A stretch of 62,146 nt of DNA, counting the filler, from Dugesia japonica (Eukaryota), in assembly GCA_001938525.1 (NCBI GenBank). It is 6 parts of 6 records of this genome, joined end to end, with 100 filler letters (N's around TTAATTAATTAA, not from the genome) between each part and the next. Parts side by side here need not be neighbours in the genome. Positions count along the whole stretch, not along the records: positions 28,954 to 37,481 come from MQRL01573202.1; positions 37,582 to 51,409 come from MQRL01609573.1; 4 more parts are not named here. One strand, given 5' to 3'. The notes under the pieces were generated by a model. The model saw nothing but the letters and a program-made list of their open reading frames with translations. It ran no database searches and was not told the DNA's origin. Position numbers and translations under genes: made by a program. The first letter of the stretch is position 1. The number at the start of each line of letters is the position of its first letter. Of the stretch, positions 36,601-50,624 are shown one piece after another.

Positions 36601-37313
36601 CTTATTGTGTAATATAAATAATAATTATTAATTTACCAAACAATAATTTTAACAATACTATTCATAGAAAAAATTCCATCAGAAATTCTGTTTGTGTGTT
36701 ATTAATAATGAGTTTCAAATTAATTTTAAACAATTTTTAGTATTTATAAATCCCGGTTATTTGACAGAAGTAGTAAATTAAAAACACGAGTTACAATGAG
36801 TATTGATCTGAGAAAGATATTTCTAAACAAGTTTCTCAATTTTAGTTGCCCGAAAGCATTTTTTTACCAAGTTTCTCAGTGTCCAAATGTTTAGCCACTC
36901 ATATCGTGTAAGGTATTAGAATTTTTAAAATCTCTCATTGTCATAACAACTTACCAATTACATCTAAATGTCACCGAGTTCTTTGGGTCCTGTTCCTCCC
37001 AGACAATAACTTTGTCGACAAACCAACCTGACCCCGCCAATTTGCTATCATGGCCTAGTTTAATTTTGTTTATTTTTCCTAACTGCACAGCTTCCAATAC
37101 AAAATCATCCATCTAAAAATATTTTTATTCTTTGTTAATGTTTAAAACAAAATCTTACTTGTCCTTTTTCAAATTTATTCATATTTGTCGATGATTCCTT
37201 TAAAAATCGATCCCCAGTGTCTCCTTTATCACCAAATATATTTATGAAAACATTCGCATCAGTCCCTGCCATTGGTTTATTTCCGGTGAATACCTGGACC
37301 TTGTAATTGCATA
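30628..37313 (-). CDS. LOXHD1: Lipoxygenase homology domain-containing protein 1, partial (about four PLAT repeats, multi-exon)
   Basis: Repeated PLAT motifs YxVxVxTG...[18 protein letters not shown], NKFExG, IxLxHD...WFVDKV and WF...DGLxVREL across short GT-AG introns (e.g. exons 37313-37159, 37112-36955, from 33857, and 30801-30628). One repeat carries a basic/acidic low-complexity insertion, as known for LOXHD1. Confidence 0.9.
31100..31256. mobile_element. Palindromic repeat family copy (intronic)
   Basis: ttcattaaaataaagaaaaagcttcgatcaaaa...ttgattgaagctttttctttattttaatgaaatctc...caatggttaagtccaacaattattctcacaataattg. Confidence 0.75.
31285..31556. repeat. 16-bp quasi-palindromic minisatellite (atcaatattattgatt)n
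   Basis: Many tandem, slightly diverged units. Confidence 0.85.
34427..34655. mobile_element. piggyBac-type MITE
   Basis: TTAA on both sides. TIRs CCCCTTACTGCAT / ATGCGGTAAGGAG. Subterminal inverted catatatggcacaaa / tttgtgtcacatatg. Confidence 0.75.
35841..35873 (+). ncRNA. Minimal type I hammerhead ribozyme motif (Penelope-type)
   Basis: TTC-CTGAAGA-A-GGC-ATA-GCC-GAAA-TATT-GAA: intact core, short stem II, palindromic stem III, 3-bp stem I. Confidence 0.6.
36100..36400 (+). mobile_element. Helitron PIF1-like helicase remnant (internally deleted)
   Basis: [15 protein letters not shown] / [25 protein letters not shown], compared with the Helitron pattern YPxEFLNSLxxxGLP..LRNLNP..GLCNGTRL. 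Confidence 0.7.
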
Positions 37314-38262
37314 CTGAAGTTAAAGAAAAATTTTAATTTAAGAAATCTACCAAGAAAATTCAAACATTATTAAAGCCACTTAACAAATTATAAAAAGATT
37401 TAATGATAAAGTTTGTTTGTCTTGAGATGGAAATATCAAGAGTTTATAAACCATTTAGCAATTACAATTATTGCGAGAATANNNNNNNNNNNNNNNNNNN
37501 NNNNNNNNNNNNNNNNNNNNNNNNNTTAATTAATTAANNNNNNNNNNNNNNNNNNNNNNNNNNNNNNNNNNNNNNNNNNNNTTATGATTATGATTATTTT
37601 TAGATTATTAATTAATTAATTTATTTTATCAAGATAAATAAAGTTCTTACTTGTTTTTATTTGTCAAAATTTATTTGAAATCTTACTTGAGGTTGATTCA
37701 GTGTAAAACAAATTCAAAGAATAAATAATTCTGTTATTAAGGAAGTAATTATCAAGAATCAATTCATGTTGTCAGTATTTGATAGTAATTAAATAATTAT
37801 TATTTTACAATAATAATCTGAAATTATTGAAATGATTCATAAATAATAATTAATTATTTTATCACAAAATATTAAACAAAATAAAAATTTTTTATCTATC
37901 TGGCTTAAATTGAACTTATATATTTATATCTTAAGTCACCACTGTATAATTGATCTTATATTTTTTTAAATAAGAGCGAATAGAATAGATAATAATTTTT
38001 CAAAATATTTTATTCCTTTGAAATATTCAAGATATTTGAAAATATTGACCAAGAAGGTATATAAATGGTATATGAAATGGTACAAATCATTTATAAAAAA
38101 GTTCTGTTAGATTTGTAATAAAATAAAAACATCAGGGCATTATATTACTTTACTTAGTATCAATAATTCTCTGTAAAAACTTACAAATGTTACTCTCGAA
38201 GATAAAAATATACAGGCGTCATTTTCAATAAAAGAACCTTAAGCTATTAAACAAATATGCGT

Positions 38263-40126
38263 CAGTAGAGGGATAGTAGCGCACATAGCCAGCACACATT
38301 CAGTGAGCCCCCCCGCCGTGAGGTAATGAAATTTAATCCTAATGCATTTAGTTGGGAAGTTTAAAAAATGACATCATATTAGGTAATATTATGAAATGGG
38401 ATTAAGTGGCTATGGATTTTCCCTGTGTATTTAGTTGGGAAAATATTTTGCAAACAAATTACGTAATAAGATTTTTGTAAAAAAAATAGATTTTTACGTA
38501 AAAGGATTAAGTGGCTATGGATTTTCCTATGGTTTTAGTTGGGAAAATTTTTTAGACTTATTAAGCGGTAATATTTTTTAGGCTTTTTAGTTGGGAATTT
38601 ATTCGGTGAGGTCAAATGAGGTTATTTTTTTATTGGATTTAGGTGGTTTTTGTCCAAAATTTCTTTGGTGAAGTCAAATAAGGTCTATTTTTGCTTGGTT
38701 CAGGTGAATTTGGTCGATAATTTCCTCGGTATTGGTCAGTTTGGGCCAGGTTGGTCGGTTTTAGGTAATTTTTGGGCGATTTGGTTGAATATTTCCTCAG
38801 GATTGGTCAATTTGGGTAATTTTTTATTGGTTTTATGAGGTTTTTGTCCTACATTTCCTCGGTGAGGTCGAAATAGGTTAAATTTTAGTTGGTTTACATA
38901 AATTTGGTCCCATATTCCCTAGAGATGGTTCAGTTTGGGTAATTTTTGGGTGAATTGGTCAAATCTTTTCCTCGGGATTGTTAATTTTTCGGTGATTTAG
39001 GTAAAATTGGTTGAAAATTTCTCGGTGAGGTCGAATCTGAAAAAACTTGGTTAATTATTTGCTCCCAAGGGTAATTTTTAGTTAAATTCGGTCAATTATT
39101 TTCTAGGGTTTCGTCAATTTGGCTCAGTTTTGGAGAATTTGGTCAACTATTTCCTCAAGAATGGTCAATTTGGGTAATTTTTGGTGTTTTGGAAAATTAT
39201 TTCCTCGGGAATGGTTAATAATAAAAAATTTTGTCAATTATTTACTCGATTTAGGCAATATTGGTTGAAATTTTTCTCAGGATTGGTAATTTTTGGATGA
39301 TTTAGTTAAAATTGGTTAAAAATTTCCTAAAATTTGGTTAACTTGGGTAATTTTTGGGTGAATTGGTCGAATTTTTCTTCGGTAATGGACAGTTTGGGCA
39401 AACTTGGTCGAGTTTAGGTAATTTATGGATAATTTGGTCGAATGTTTCCTCGGAAATGGTAATTTGGATCAGTTTTGGACAATTTGGTCAATTATTTACA
39501 CGGTTGGGTTAATTTTGGTCAATTATTTACTATGTATAGACAAACTTGGTTAATTATTTGCTCACAAGGGTAATTTGTGGTAGATTTGGATGAATTTTTC
39601 CTAAAAATAGTCAATTTGGTTCAGTTTTGAACAGTTTGGTCAATTATTCACTTGATTTAGGAAATATTGGTTAATTTTTGGAAGATTTAATCTATTATTT
39701 ACTTGGTTTAGGTAATATAGGTCAATTTTATTCATGGTTTGGGTAATGTTGGTCAATCATTTCTCTCTAATAATAAACTTGTTTAATTATTTGCTCGCAA
39801 AGGTTATTTTTAGGTAAATTATTTCAGTTCAATTATTTTAGGTCAATTATTTACTTGCTAATGGTCAATTTGGGTAATTTCTGGGCGATTTGGCCAATTA
39901 TTTTCTCATAGTACTCAGATTTCGGTTGACAGTGCTCAAATTTCGGTTGACAGTGCTCAGATTTAGGTTGATAGTGCTCAGACTTTAGATGGTTATGGTC
40001 AATTACTTATTCACAAGAGTAATTTTTCGATGATTTGGGGTAATAATTTTCTTGGTAAGGGTGATTTGGTCAATTGTTTCATTTAAATTAGTTAATCTAA
40101 TTTAATAAAAATACAAGTCGCTACTG
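38263..40126. repeat. G/T-skewed degenerate tandem repeat (ttggtcaattatttcctcgg-like units) with an internal 21-bp array at ~39911-39985; possibly a non-autonomous DNA transposon
   Basis: Dozens of diverged units. Imperfect termini CAGTAGAG / CGCTACTG. No convincing TSD. Confidence 0.6.
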
Positions 40127-41939
40127 GGTATATTAAAAATTAGTTGACTTCATTAATAAATTTTATGTTTTAGAAAGAATTTTAATTTCGATTGAAAATT
40201 TCATAGACAAGGGTCAGAAGTTCTGATCGATTTCTGTTGGGAAGAATTTATGATTGTTACTGTAATTAAAATTTATACATAAAATAAATAAATTAAAATT
40301 TACAGGTTTGCAAAATAAAAATAATTAAACAAAATTTACAAATAAAAATGAAATTTGTAGAGTAAAATAATTGTCAGATCACAATAAAATTAAATGTTCA
40401 AAAATAAATAATATTCATTCAAAGATCAGATTAATAATAATAAATAATATTCAGTCCAAAATCAGATTGATAATAATAATCAAAATAATCATATTGGATT
40501 GTTGAATGATTAAGCTTCTTGGATATTGATCGAATATCGAATATTGATTGATTTGANNNNNNNNNNNNNNNNNNNNNNNNNNNNNNNNNNNNNNNNNNNN
40601 NNNNNNNNNNNNNNNNNNNNNNNNNNNNNTATATGTTAGCTTAAAGTTGGTTTGTATTTTCCTCAACAAATTGAATGAAGTAGGAAGACGACGGAATGGA
40701 AACAAAGTGGAAGTATATCCATATAAGAGTAAACATGAAATGAGAAATAATGTTATTATAATTGTGGAAATATGACCGATATTATATAAAGAAATGAGAG
40801 AATAAATTTATCTGGATAGAAAGCTCGAATAGATATTTAGTGGATGTAAAAGTAAGCTTAAAGAAAGATGATTTTGGTTTAAAATAAAATAACGAAACTG
40901 TACTAAATCAATGAAGTGCATTATGGGTTTCGGAAAGTCAACACCGAGAGAACATCTAGGATAAGTACTACCAAGACCTTGCATGTCAAGAGAAAAACAT
41001 TGATAAAGTAAAGTAGTGGAGACCAAGTTGTCATGTGTAAGGGTCTGATCAACTCAGACACACAAGCCTGACCAGCTTAACTGTCTACAGAATACATGTA
41101 ATGACAGGATAACTTGACAGGATACATGTAATAAATCAATGGGTGCAATCAATGTTATGAAGATTTTCAAGTAAATTCGATATTAACTGCAGTAGTTCTT
41201 CGAGACAAAAAGGAAATTGATTAGGAAGAATAATTAAAAGAAATACGTTTACGATGATCAAATAGTTAGATTTCCAAAATACCGGAGTAATTATCCGAAA
41301 TGGCCGAGAGAAGTGTTTAAGGAAATAATGGGATTAATTTCAGGCAGTTTTGGAGAGATTCTTCAAGATGAAAATGAGTAAGTAAAAAAATGAGGTATTA
41401 GAGGGAATACCATAGCAATTCTTCAAGATGAATAAGCACATATTGGACATAAATTTTATAAAATACTGGAACACTCAGAAGTCCTAAATGGAAAAGGAAA
41501 TTAGATAAAGAAGAAATGATGAAGAGAAAATTTGTTGGGAACATAATGAAAATGAAATGGGATTTAAAAAGTAATGAAAAATAATATATTTTTTAATGAT
41601 AAAAAAAATAATATGATAAATAATATGAAATAAGTTGATATGACATTGGTATATGAAAATGACGATGAGAAATTATGTTTGAATAGATAAAAGTAGAAAG
41701 GTGTTTTACGAAAAGAATGAAAAAGAAATGAGTAAAATGAAATTTGTATGAGATAATGATGAAAGAAAAATTGTTTCAAAGAGATGGAAATTAATTTTCA
41801 AGCAAACTAAGATTATGCAACTACAGCTGTTGTTAACGATAATAATAAATTTCTTTAAATGGGATTCGTTAAAAAAAATGTTATCTAGATATTTCGTTCA
41901 GGTAAAAACTTGAATTGTAAAATATAACAAAATAAAACA

Positions 41940-43790
41940 ATCATACCATGAGAAGTGGAGTTTTATGGAATAATATTTGACTGCAGTTCAGAAAAGCTAC
42001 ATGCCTTTCTAATGGAATACGAAATGCCTACAGCGGTATGCAGATAAAATAAAGAAGCCAAAGCAAGATATTTAATATTTTACTTGTTGGGCAATGCGCG
42101 AGATGTCCACTGGAAAACCTTCAAATCAAGAATAACAGTCCACTTAAATGGAACGATTTAAAAAAGATTCTAAAGGAATATTTTCGAAATGAAATAATGA
42201 CAGGCGAAAAAGTTATGAAATTTGCAGACAGACGATAACTAGAAGGGGAATAATTTTACATGTATTTTCTAGAAAAAAGGATTTGGACGATTTGCCTTTG
42301 ATAATGAACTAGCAGATGAAAGAATAATAGAAATTCTTCATTAAAAGAATCCAAGACCCAGAAGTTCAAAAGATGGTGAGATTGAAAGAACCATCCTCCT
42401 AAAAAAAGAGGCTCTGGAGATCGCTAACTAAAAAAAATATATATTTAAAAAGAAGAAGTTAGATAACTCATCAGCGGAAACCATAAGTACAGAAAAATGT
42501 GAACTTNGAAAGAAAAGAGTTCAAACGGCCAAAATTCAAAGATTGTCATATTGCAGAAAACAATGAAAAGGCAGACAAAGTAGAAATAGAAGAAAAGAAT
42601 TACAATAATGAGATTACTAGCAAAACAAACATCAAGAATCAATGTCAGTGCTACATGAACCTGGCTCATGTCACTGTCAATTGTGGAAGTAATTATAGAC
42701 AAAATCACAAATAAGTTAGAGGATAACAGCCAATTAGAAGTGATTCTAGCAAGAGGAAACGGAAAGCTAGATGTAGAATCTGTCATAGGATAACGCATGT
42801 TACTGGCAAATGTAGAATAGTATACTCGTATTGTGATAATTGCAATGGAAAAGAACATTCACCGGAAAAGTACTTAAATCGAGACAATAACGGTTATAAG
42901 ANNNNNNNGAATCAAAGAGATGGTTTGGAGGTAAAACGAAGGATACGGTGTCAACATTGCCAACGGAAAACGATTTTTTGCAGTCAATGCTAATTATTTT
43001 GTGACTAATGTCAAGCAAGAGGTCATACGCGAGAAGCTATTAGAGAAGAGTTATTCATGTTGACAAAAAGAGATAGCAATGTCGATATGTTACGAACCTA
43101 TTCAAAGGAATCAAAGCAAAATGACGTAAAGGTACAGAAAGGAATCAGAGCATGGGTGGTGTGAAAGAGCTGAAAAGAATAGGAGGAAGTATAAATAGCA
43201 GTATGATGAAAGAAGTTTCAGAGAAAATTGTGACAAGGAAAGAAAAATTAAAAAGATCTAATTGAAGAAACTTTCATAAGTATCATCGACAAAAGTGAAG
43301 CTGTGGGTACGAGAAGTATAGAAAAGCAATCGTGAAATCCATCTATGGAGGAAAACAATGAGGGAATCCGGAAAAGAAGTCGTAGCCATATTAGTACGAA
43401 GTACTATCAGAAGCCAGAAGAACGTTATAGATAACTAAAGTCAGATGATACTGCAAAATAGAGGGAGTGACGGCGAAAATGATGTGGAAGAAGGTTCTGA
43501 AAGACAATGTCTATACAGTAAACCGTATAATAAACGATAAGATAGCCAGTATGCTTCGAGATCGAGGAAGCAAAGTTAATGCTGATGGAACAAGTTTTCA
43601 AAGGCAAATTGAATGGAATAACCATGGAATGACTGAGAAGTAAACTTATCAGGTCAAGATTAACGATCAAAATTGTGAAGGCTGACAAATAAAGATGGCA
43701 TTAAAAGACACAGGAGCAAATATATCCTTGATTAGTCACAATAGGGATATTAAGGAATGATGGAAGAAGGACAAACAATGCCGAATAAAA
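41940..43790 (+). mobile_element. Heavily decayed gag-protease of an LTR retrotransposon
   Basis: ARYLIFYLLGNARD and WNDLKKILKEYF (gag-like). ALKDTGANISLIS (protease) at ~43698. Confidence 0.6.
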
Positions 43791-43973
43791 CATGCTAATC
43801 GTATGATAAAACAACGGATTTTATTTTCAATGATGCTGTAATTTGTAGCTCTTAAGACTTGATTTTACCATATTTATCTTTGCATTCATCATTTTATAAT
43901 AAATATTTTACAATCCCATAAAAAAAATCAATCAAACTATGATTCAATTTGAAATTTTAAACTTGCTCTATAT

Positions 43974-44249
43974 CAGGGATGGGCAATTGTTTTGGCTTGA
44001 ATGCTACATTGTAGATTCAGAGACAAGTGAAAGGCCGCACATAAAAAATGATACGTATTGAATTAACTTTACATTTTGCAAAATTTTATATTATAACATG
44101 AAACTAACAACGAAGAAGCCATACTCATATTTAGGTGTGTTTGTCATAGTGAAATGTTTTGAATGTCTTCGACCGCGTCAAGGTAAAAAAGTTTTGTTTA
44201 GATAAGGTTTATTTAAATGTCTAGGCGGACCACTATTTGCCCACCCGTG
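43974..44249. mobile_element. hAT (Charlie-like) MITE
   Basis: Termini CAGGGATGGGCAA / TTGCCCACCCGTG. Flanks ctctatat / ttctatgt. Confidence 0.7.
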
Positions 44250-46060
44250 TTCTATGTAAAAGAAATATAAATTATCCAAATAAAAATTTTTAATTAAATT
44301 TTTATTGTTTAAATTATTAACTATTAATTAACTACGTATTGTTACTATGTCTATTATAATGTGAATAAACTGTGTCAGCCTAATTAATACATTTCATTGC
44401 ATCACACCAAAATTAACTTGCTTTTTTGACACTCGCATAAATTTAAATAGTGTTTTATTTTTTGTCAATATGTCTTCTGATGTTGCGAAATGAATTTCTG
44501 TATATACTAAAATTTATTGATTTTTAGTAGAACTAATAGAAATGACAGCAAAATTAAAATATAACATTAAATGATTTGAAATTATTTCAGGAAAAATTTC
44601 AAAGTTAAAATATCACCAAAACATTGCAGTATCTGAGATCACCAAGTTCAACTATTCCTCAATAATTTCACTTGCATTTACTATGGAAGAAATATCTTGA
44701 AAAAAGTTTCTAATCTAGTAAGTATAAAGTTTCAGAATTAATTTCTTCTAATTTAGAAACTTACTTTATCTAGTTGCTTTAAAGTGTCAACAAATTTCGT
44801 ATTTTTTATTTTGTTTCCCAAAAACTTCTGAGAAATTATGTACAAATTATTTGTCGCCCTATAAATGATAATAATAATGAAAAATTATATAAATTATGTA
44901 AAAATTCAAATAAAAAATTAATACATTCTAATCGTTGAGCTACAATTCAAATAAAGCACAAAATTAAAAGAAGAAAGACAAGAAGAATAAAATGAAGTAT
45001 AAACAAACACAGCAAAAAATTCAAATAAACAATAATGAGAGACAATCAATATGTTCAACGCTGATTAAACTAATTATCTAACTCAAATTATAACAACACA
45101 GGAAACAGCTGATTGGTAGTGTGCATTGAGTTCTTTATTAAGATTTAAAATGACATATATTTAATGGAATAGAAAAGGGGTATCCACTAATGTTTATATA
45201 AAATCTGCTTTGCTCAGTAAAAAAGTTATTTTAAATAAATATTATAACTATAATCTTTTCAAGCTGTACATAATGTTTTACACAACAGTTTTTAATAATG
45301 TTGTACAAACGTAATGAGTAACATAATTTCTAAGTATCAATGACCTTTGTTATTATATTGCACGGCTTCACAATTATGTAAAATATTAATTATAAATAAT
45401 AATTAAAAATTGTTTGCACAAACTTAATTTCAGGGAAAAGATAAATTTCAACATTTTTTCCAATAAAAATTTAATCAAATTTTTTCATTTATTATTCAGA
45501 AAGCTTCAGTTAATCCAGATAAAGCACATATTCAAATTAAATAAATTCTTATTAGGTTGTGTGACTCACATGTTAATTAACTGTTTATCACCAGTGTTTT
45601 GGATTTTACTTAAATTAACCAAAGTTTATTGTATTTGATTATTTCTGGTATTACTACCATCTGTTATTTATCAGTTTTTTTAAGGACATCTGTTCATATT
45701 GTTGGAATTGGAAATTGAAAGGGAATGTAAAGCAACCATTATATTTTGCTGGCGATCGACCAAAAGTCCTTACGCGATCGACGTTATTGACAAACCTGGA
45801 ATAGAATATAACCATTCATACAATAATCAGAAAATGGAGTCACAATTAAATGACAGGATTTTAAGAAGTTTTAAAAACTTGATAATCGAACTTAAGAATA
45901 TTAAGACTTGCAATAAAGCAGCAGGAATTTTCGTGTAAATGAACGATTTTGAGATTATGAATAATAAATTTATTTAATTTCACTCAGCAAAGACTATTAT
46001 AAATTGGGGATAAAAAATAAGGAAATATTTTAATAATAATCTGAAAACTACCAAATAAAC

Positions 46061-46206
46061 CAGTGTCGGGCAACCTTTTTCAGACCACGGCGCATTAAGC
46101 CAAAAGTTTTTTATTCTTTTTGACTTTATTTCTGTGAATACTAAAATTCAATGCTCGCAAAGATAAGAGCTACTAAATTGCAACAACAATCGGTTGCCCG
46201 ACACTG
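46061..46206. mobile_element. hAT MITE
   Basis: Perfect 15-bp TIR CAGTGTCGGGCAACC / GGTTGCCCGACACTG. Flanks aaataaac / aaataatt. Confidence 0.8.
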
Positions 46207-46344
46207 AAATAATTCGATATAATATTTATTAATATAAAATATATAAAATTTATTTAATTTTCCAATAGAAGAATAATTATGCATTAAAAAGGCAAAAAAT
46301 AAAAAAGAAAAAAAGCGGGAAAATATTGAAAAATAGATATTTAC

Positions 46345-46623
46345 ATTTTAATTTTTCCGTATATCAAGGCTTTTTGTGCCTCACTACTAATCAATGCATT
46401 CCATTCAGCTGCCTTTTCCAAAGTTATTGATTGAAGACGGTCAAGTTCAAATTGTAATTGACCCTGTCTATTATTATATTGTATGATTTGACCATTTTTA
46501 TTCTGAAACATTTTATATAAATATATTTTGACAAAATGGTGACAATACCTCTTTCAACTGCATTAAACTTTGTTTTTCTTCATTGAGAAGCATTTGATTA
46601 TTTCTATCTCTTTCTAACAGATC
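46345..46623 (-). CDS. CCDC42/CFAP73-family ciliary coiled-coil protein, two internal exons (46623-46549, 46502-46345)
   Basis: DLLERDRNNQMLLNEEKQSLMQLKE|NKNGQIIQYNNRQGQLQFELDRLQSITLEKAAEWNALISSEAQKALIYGKIKM matches the family's EILxxNNxLAxLQxxLD...WxxIxxxAAxKxLxLGxIKM pattern. Other exons were not located. Confidence 0.7.
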
Positions 46624-47399
46624 CTTGTAAATATCATTATGTAAAATTACAAATAAATATGCATAATTTCAATAAATTCAAATTTTTCTAAGAATGTCCA
46701 CAAAAAATCAATTTTTTACCCCTCCCTCCGCCTTATCACGTTATGCTCCTTTTCATTTGCCCCTCCCTGGGGACAGCCATTATTTTCAGAAGAAATTTAG
46801 AACATCAAATTTAATGGTTTGCAAATTTGTTTGTACAAAATAATAATAAGAGAACTGATAAAATAGTATTAAAATAACAATGGTCTTGTGTATTACTTAA
46901 ATCTCTAACAGAAAATATTACTAAAATATTAAAAAGGAATTTATAGTATATAAATTTTCTTGCAAATATAAATGGCAAAGTAAATAATCTTCTGAAATCT
47001 TATCTCGATTTTAATAAAAGTGTAAATTGTAACTGAGTGGATATCTGTTAAGCACTTATTCCCCATCCCTATTGTCCCCATAAGTCCCTTTTGTAGTATT
47101 ATGTAATGATTATATGATCACAAACAGCAGTTCATAAATTTTATATATTAGTTTAGTTTTTTCATATAATTTAGTACGTAATCAGCTAATCCGTGTTACG
47201 TAATACAAACAATATTAAGTAAAGATTTCAATTTTTCATCGTTACGTCTCACATTGCGTAATCGATCGGGAATTTATTTTTTTAATTAAATAAAATAAAA
47301 TTAATGACATTTTCTTTAAATTTTTCAAAATTTTTAAAAATTATTCCAATTTTCACGGAATTCGGTTAAACAACCCAAATTTTTAAAAATTTTCAATAA

Positions 47400-49610
47400 T
47401 ATTTATGCTTAGATTTAAACGAAATAATGACGAATACCTTAAAGAGATTTTTGAAACATTAGAATAACATGACAATTATTTCTTAGAAAATGAAATTTTG
47501 ATGTTTAAAAATTCTGAAACGTCTGAAAAACAAGTTGTTGTTCCTCATAGGTATCGAAGAAAAATTCTTTAATTAGCTCATGATATATATGCCACAGGTT
47601 ATCTAGGAGTAAATTAAACTCGAAAAACAATTGAAAAGTTCTTCAATGGGGCAAGAATGGCAAAGTATATTAAATAATGGTGAAAAGGTTGCTACCAATG
47701 CCAAAAAGCTAACAGAAACCTAGCTGTTAACAGAGCTCCTCTTGTTACAACACCGACTATTGGTGACCCATTTTTCAGAGTTGGAATCGATATGATTGGA
47801 TTATTAAATCTATCAAACAAGAAAAACAGGTTTATAATCGTTATAATTGATCATGCAATTAGATATCCAGAAGCTATACTAGTTCCAAATATGCGGACAG
47901 AAACAGTGGCTAGAGAAATTTCTCATTATTTCTGTTAGATAGGTATATCAACTGAGATTCTTACTGATCAGGGAACAAACTTTTTAAGCTCAATAATGAT
48001 ACAATTATATAATTTTCTTGCCAACACAAAAGAACTTCCCCATATCACCCTCAGACTAAAGGCAATGCTAAGGCAATTATTAGTGGATAACGTGGTAAAG
48101 ATTGTGATGAATTTTTGCCATATTTATGCTATGCGTATCGATCCTCAATCTATGAAAATTTGGGATTTAGTCCTTTTGAAGTATTGTTTGGCCGTGATAT
48201 TCAAGGCCCTTTATTGTTAACTTATAGAAAGATGTTGGGTAAAGAGGAAGTTGAATCAAACAGCTGCGAATTTATGTTAAACTTAAAAGATAAATTAATT
48301 CAAGTTAAAGAAATAAAGTTACAACAAGAAAACTTTAAAAAATCAAAAAAAGAAGAAATGGTATGATAAAAATAAAGAGATAGACAATTTGTTACAGGCG
48401 ATGAAGTTTTAGTTTTATTACCGACATCTGCTAATAAAATTATGTCAGGGTGGCAGGGTCCCTATAAAATTGGAGATGTTAACTATAAAGCTGACACAGG
48501 ACGAACAAAGAAAAGATATAGAACATTTCATGTTAATCTTCTGAGCCCATGAATAAATCAGCAAGAAATAATCGTGCAATCAGCTCTCGAATCTGAATCC
48601 ACAATAATAGATTGGAATACTGTCCAAATCAATGAAGAACTGTCAGATGAATTATTTCAAACGTGTAAAAAACTGGTATAACTTTACCAAGACGTTTTTT
48701 TGTCGAAGCCAGGATTACCAAGGTCAATGGAATTCAACATTCAATTAACTGATAATAAACCAATAGCCCTCAAGCCTTATGTAATGGCATATTCGCTCCG
48801 AGATACTATAAAGAATGAAATCGCGATGTTATTTAAGGAAGATATAATTGAAGAATCATCAAGTAAGTCCTACCTTATTTGTTCCAAAAAAATGGAACAC
48901 TAAGATTAGTACAGGATTATCGGCAAATTGATGAAAAAGCACTTTCTGACTGTTATCCGATGCCAGAGATAAAGAAAATTATCAATTCGTTAGGAAATTC
49001 AAAATATATTAGTACAATTGATCTAACGAAGGGATATTATCAGGTGCCAATCAAATTCCAGGACAGATCTAAAAGTGCATTTATTAGCCCTCTTGGTTTT
49101 TTTCAGTTTAAAAGAATGTCATTTGGATTTAAAAATTCCCCAGCAANTTATCAANGAATGATGGATAGTCTACTTAAAAATATTCTTAATATTGCTGCTT
49201 TTTTAGATGATATTATAGTCTATTCACATACGAACCAAGAGCATATTGAAACTTTGGAAAAAGTACTAAAATTATTATTAGCAACCGGTCTTACAGTTAA
49301 TCCTATAAAGAGTAAGCTTATGATGTTTAAAGCCGAGTTTCTAGGTAAGATGATCGGGAATGGAGAGGTTTCCCCAACGACAGACAAAGTTACAATAATA
49401 TAAGACCACCCCGCTCTAAATCAAAGAAATATGATCGACAGTCTATGGAAATGCTGAATTATTATAGGGCTCATATCAATAATTTAGGTCTCATTGCTTC
49501 ACCATTAACAGATCTCCTAAACAAGAAGATCTCTGACAAAGTAAAGCGGAATTCAGAATGTGAAGAAAGCTTCAAAAAATAAAGAGATGCTGACGACAGC
49601 GCTTATATTG
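47400..49610 (+). mobile_element. Gmr1-like Ty3/gypsy pol relic (integrase upstream of RT)
   Basis: LAHD...GYLG...CYQCQK, PFFRVGIDMIG, EILTDQGTNFLS, YHPQT, GFSPFEVLFGR and WQGPYKI (47570-48540). These are followed collinearly by RT: LRLVQDYR, IDLTKGYYQV, MSFGFKNSP, FLDDIIVYS, LNYYRAHI. Confidence 0.85.
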
Positions 49611-50624
49611 AAAACTGTTCAGTTCAGTAAATTACATTTTTTATAATAGAAAATGAAGTTTGAATAAATATTAAATAATTATAATTTTAAAATTATAAGC
49701 GTTGAAGAATTTTCAAGAAATATAGGAATAACAAGTAAAGCAATATGAAAATATTTAAATTATTAGACAGAAAAATTAAAAGAAAACGAGCGATAGATAT
49801 AAGATATAAAGTAATTGTGTATTCAACGTTCCTCAAACCAATTTAACGAAACAACAAATTAANAAACCAAAACTAGAAGTAAAAATAAACTTCGAGATGA
49901 ATTTAAACCAAATTCAAAATCATTCAAACCATTTAATATAATCCTGAAAAAACAAAGAAACATGAGTTATTTCTAAAGGAATTAAATGAAACATTGAAAA
50001 AAGAAACCATATCATGAACAAACTAAATCTCATAAAAAAACAAGTTGTAACAAATGCCTAAATGGTTTGGTGTCATTTAATCAAGCAACATTTAATCATG
50101 CGATACTTAATCATGTGGACATTTAATCACGTGAAATTTAAACATTTGACAGTCAATCTTCGATATTTAATCACTCGACAGTTTATCATATAACACTTAA
50201 TCACCGATAAATAAAATAGAATAAAATAAGCATCAAGGTGCATTATCAATTTATTAATTAATAATTGTGATTAATTTGTGACACTGAAATTAAATCGCAG
50301 ATATTTAACTGAGTGAAATTAAATCCTGTGTATTAATATTGAATATACAATATTTAATTAGCTAAAAAAATATTCATTAACGTATTTAAAGGGTTAAAAT
50401 GACTGATATTAAAATTTGTTTTAGCACTACTACAAAGAGGAAAGTGTATGTTTTGCATAAGCAATATGAATTTATGAAGTATTGGCAGTATTCAAATGGT
50501 AATATTTAATGGCGTTGTAAACGTTATCAGATCTGCCAATGTCAAGCCCATTTAACAACAGAAAATGATAAAATCGTGGGTAATTGTGATCCCCAGCATA
50601 ATCATGGTGGTAATAAGAATACTA

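Noticed and set aside
45685-45938. Plus-strand terminal exon (ORF 45699..45938) and a possible exon at 44591-44718
   Set aside because: Plausible splice sites, but no recognisable protein and no consistent frame linking them.
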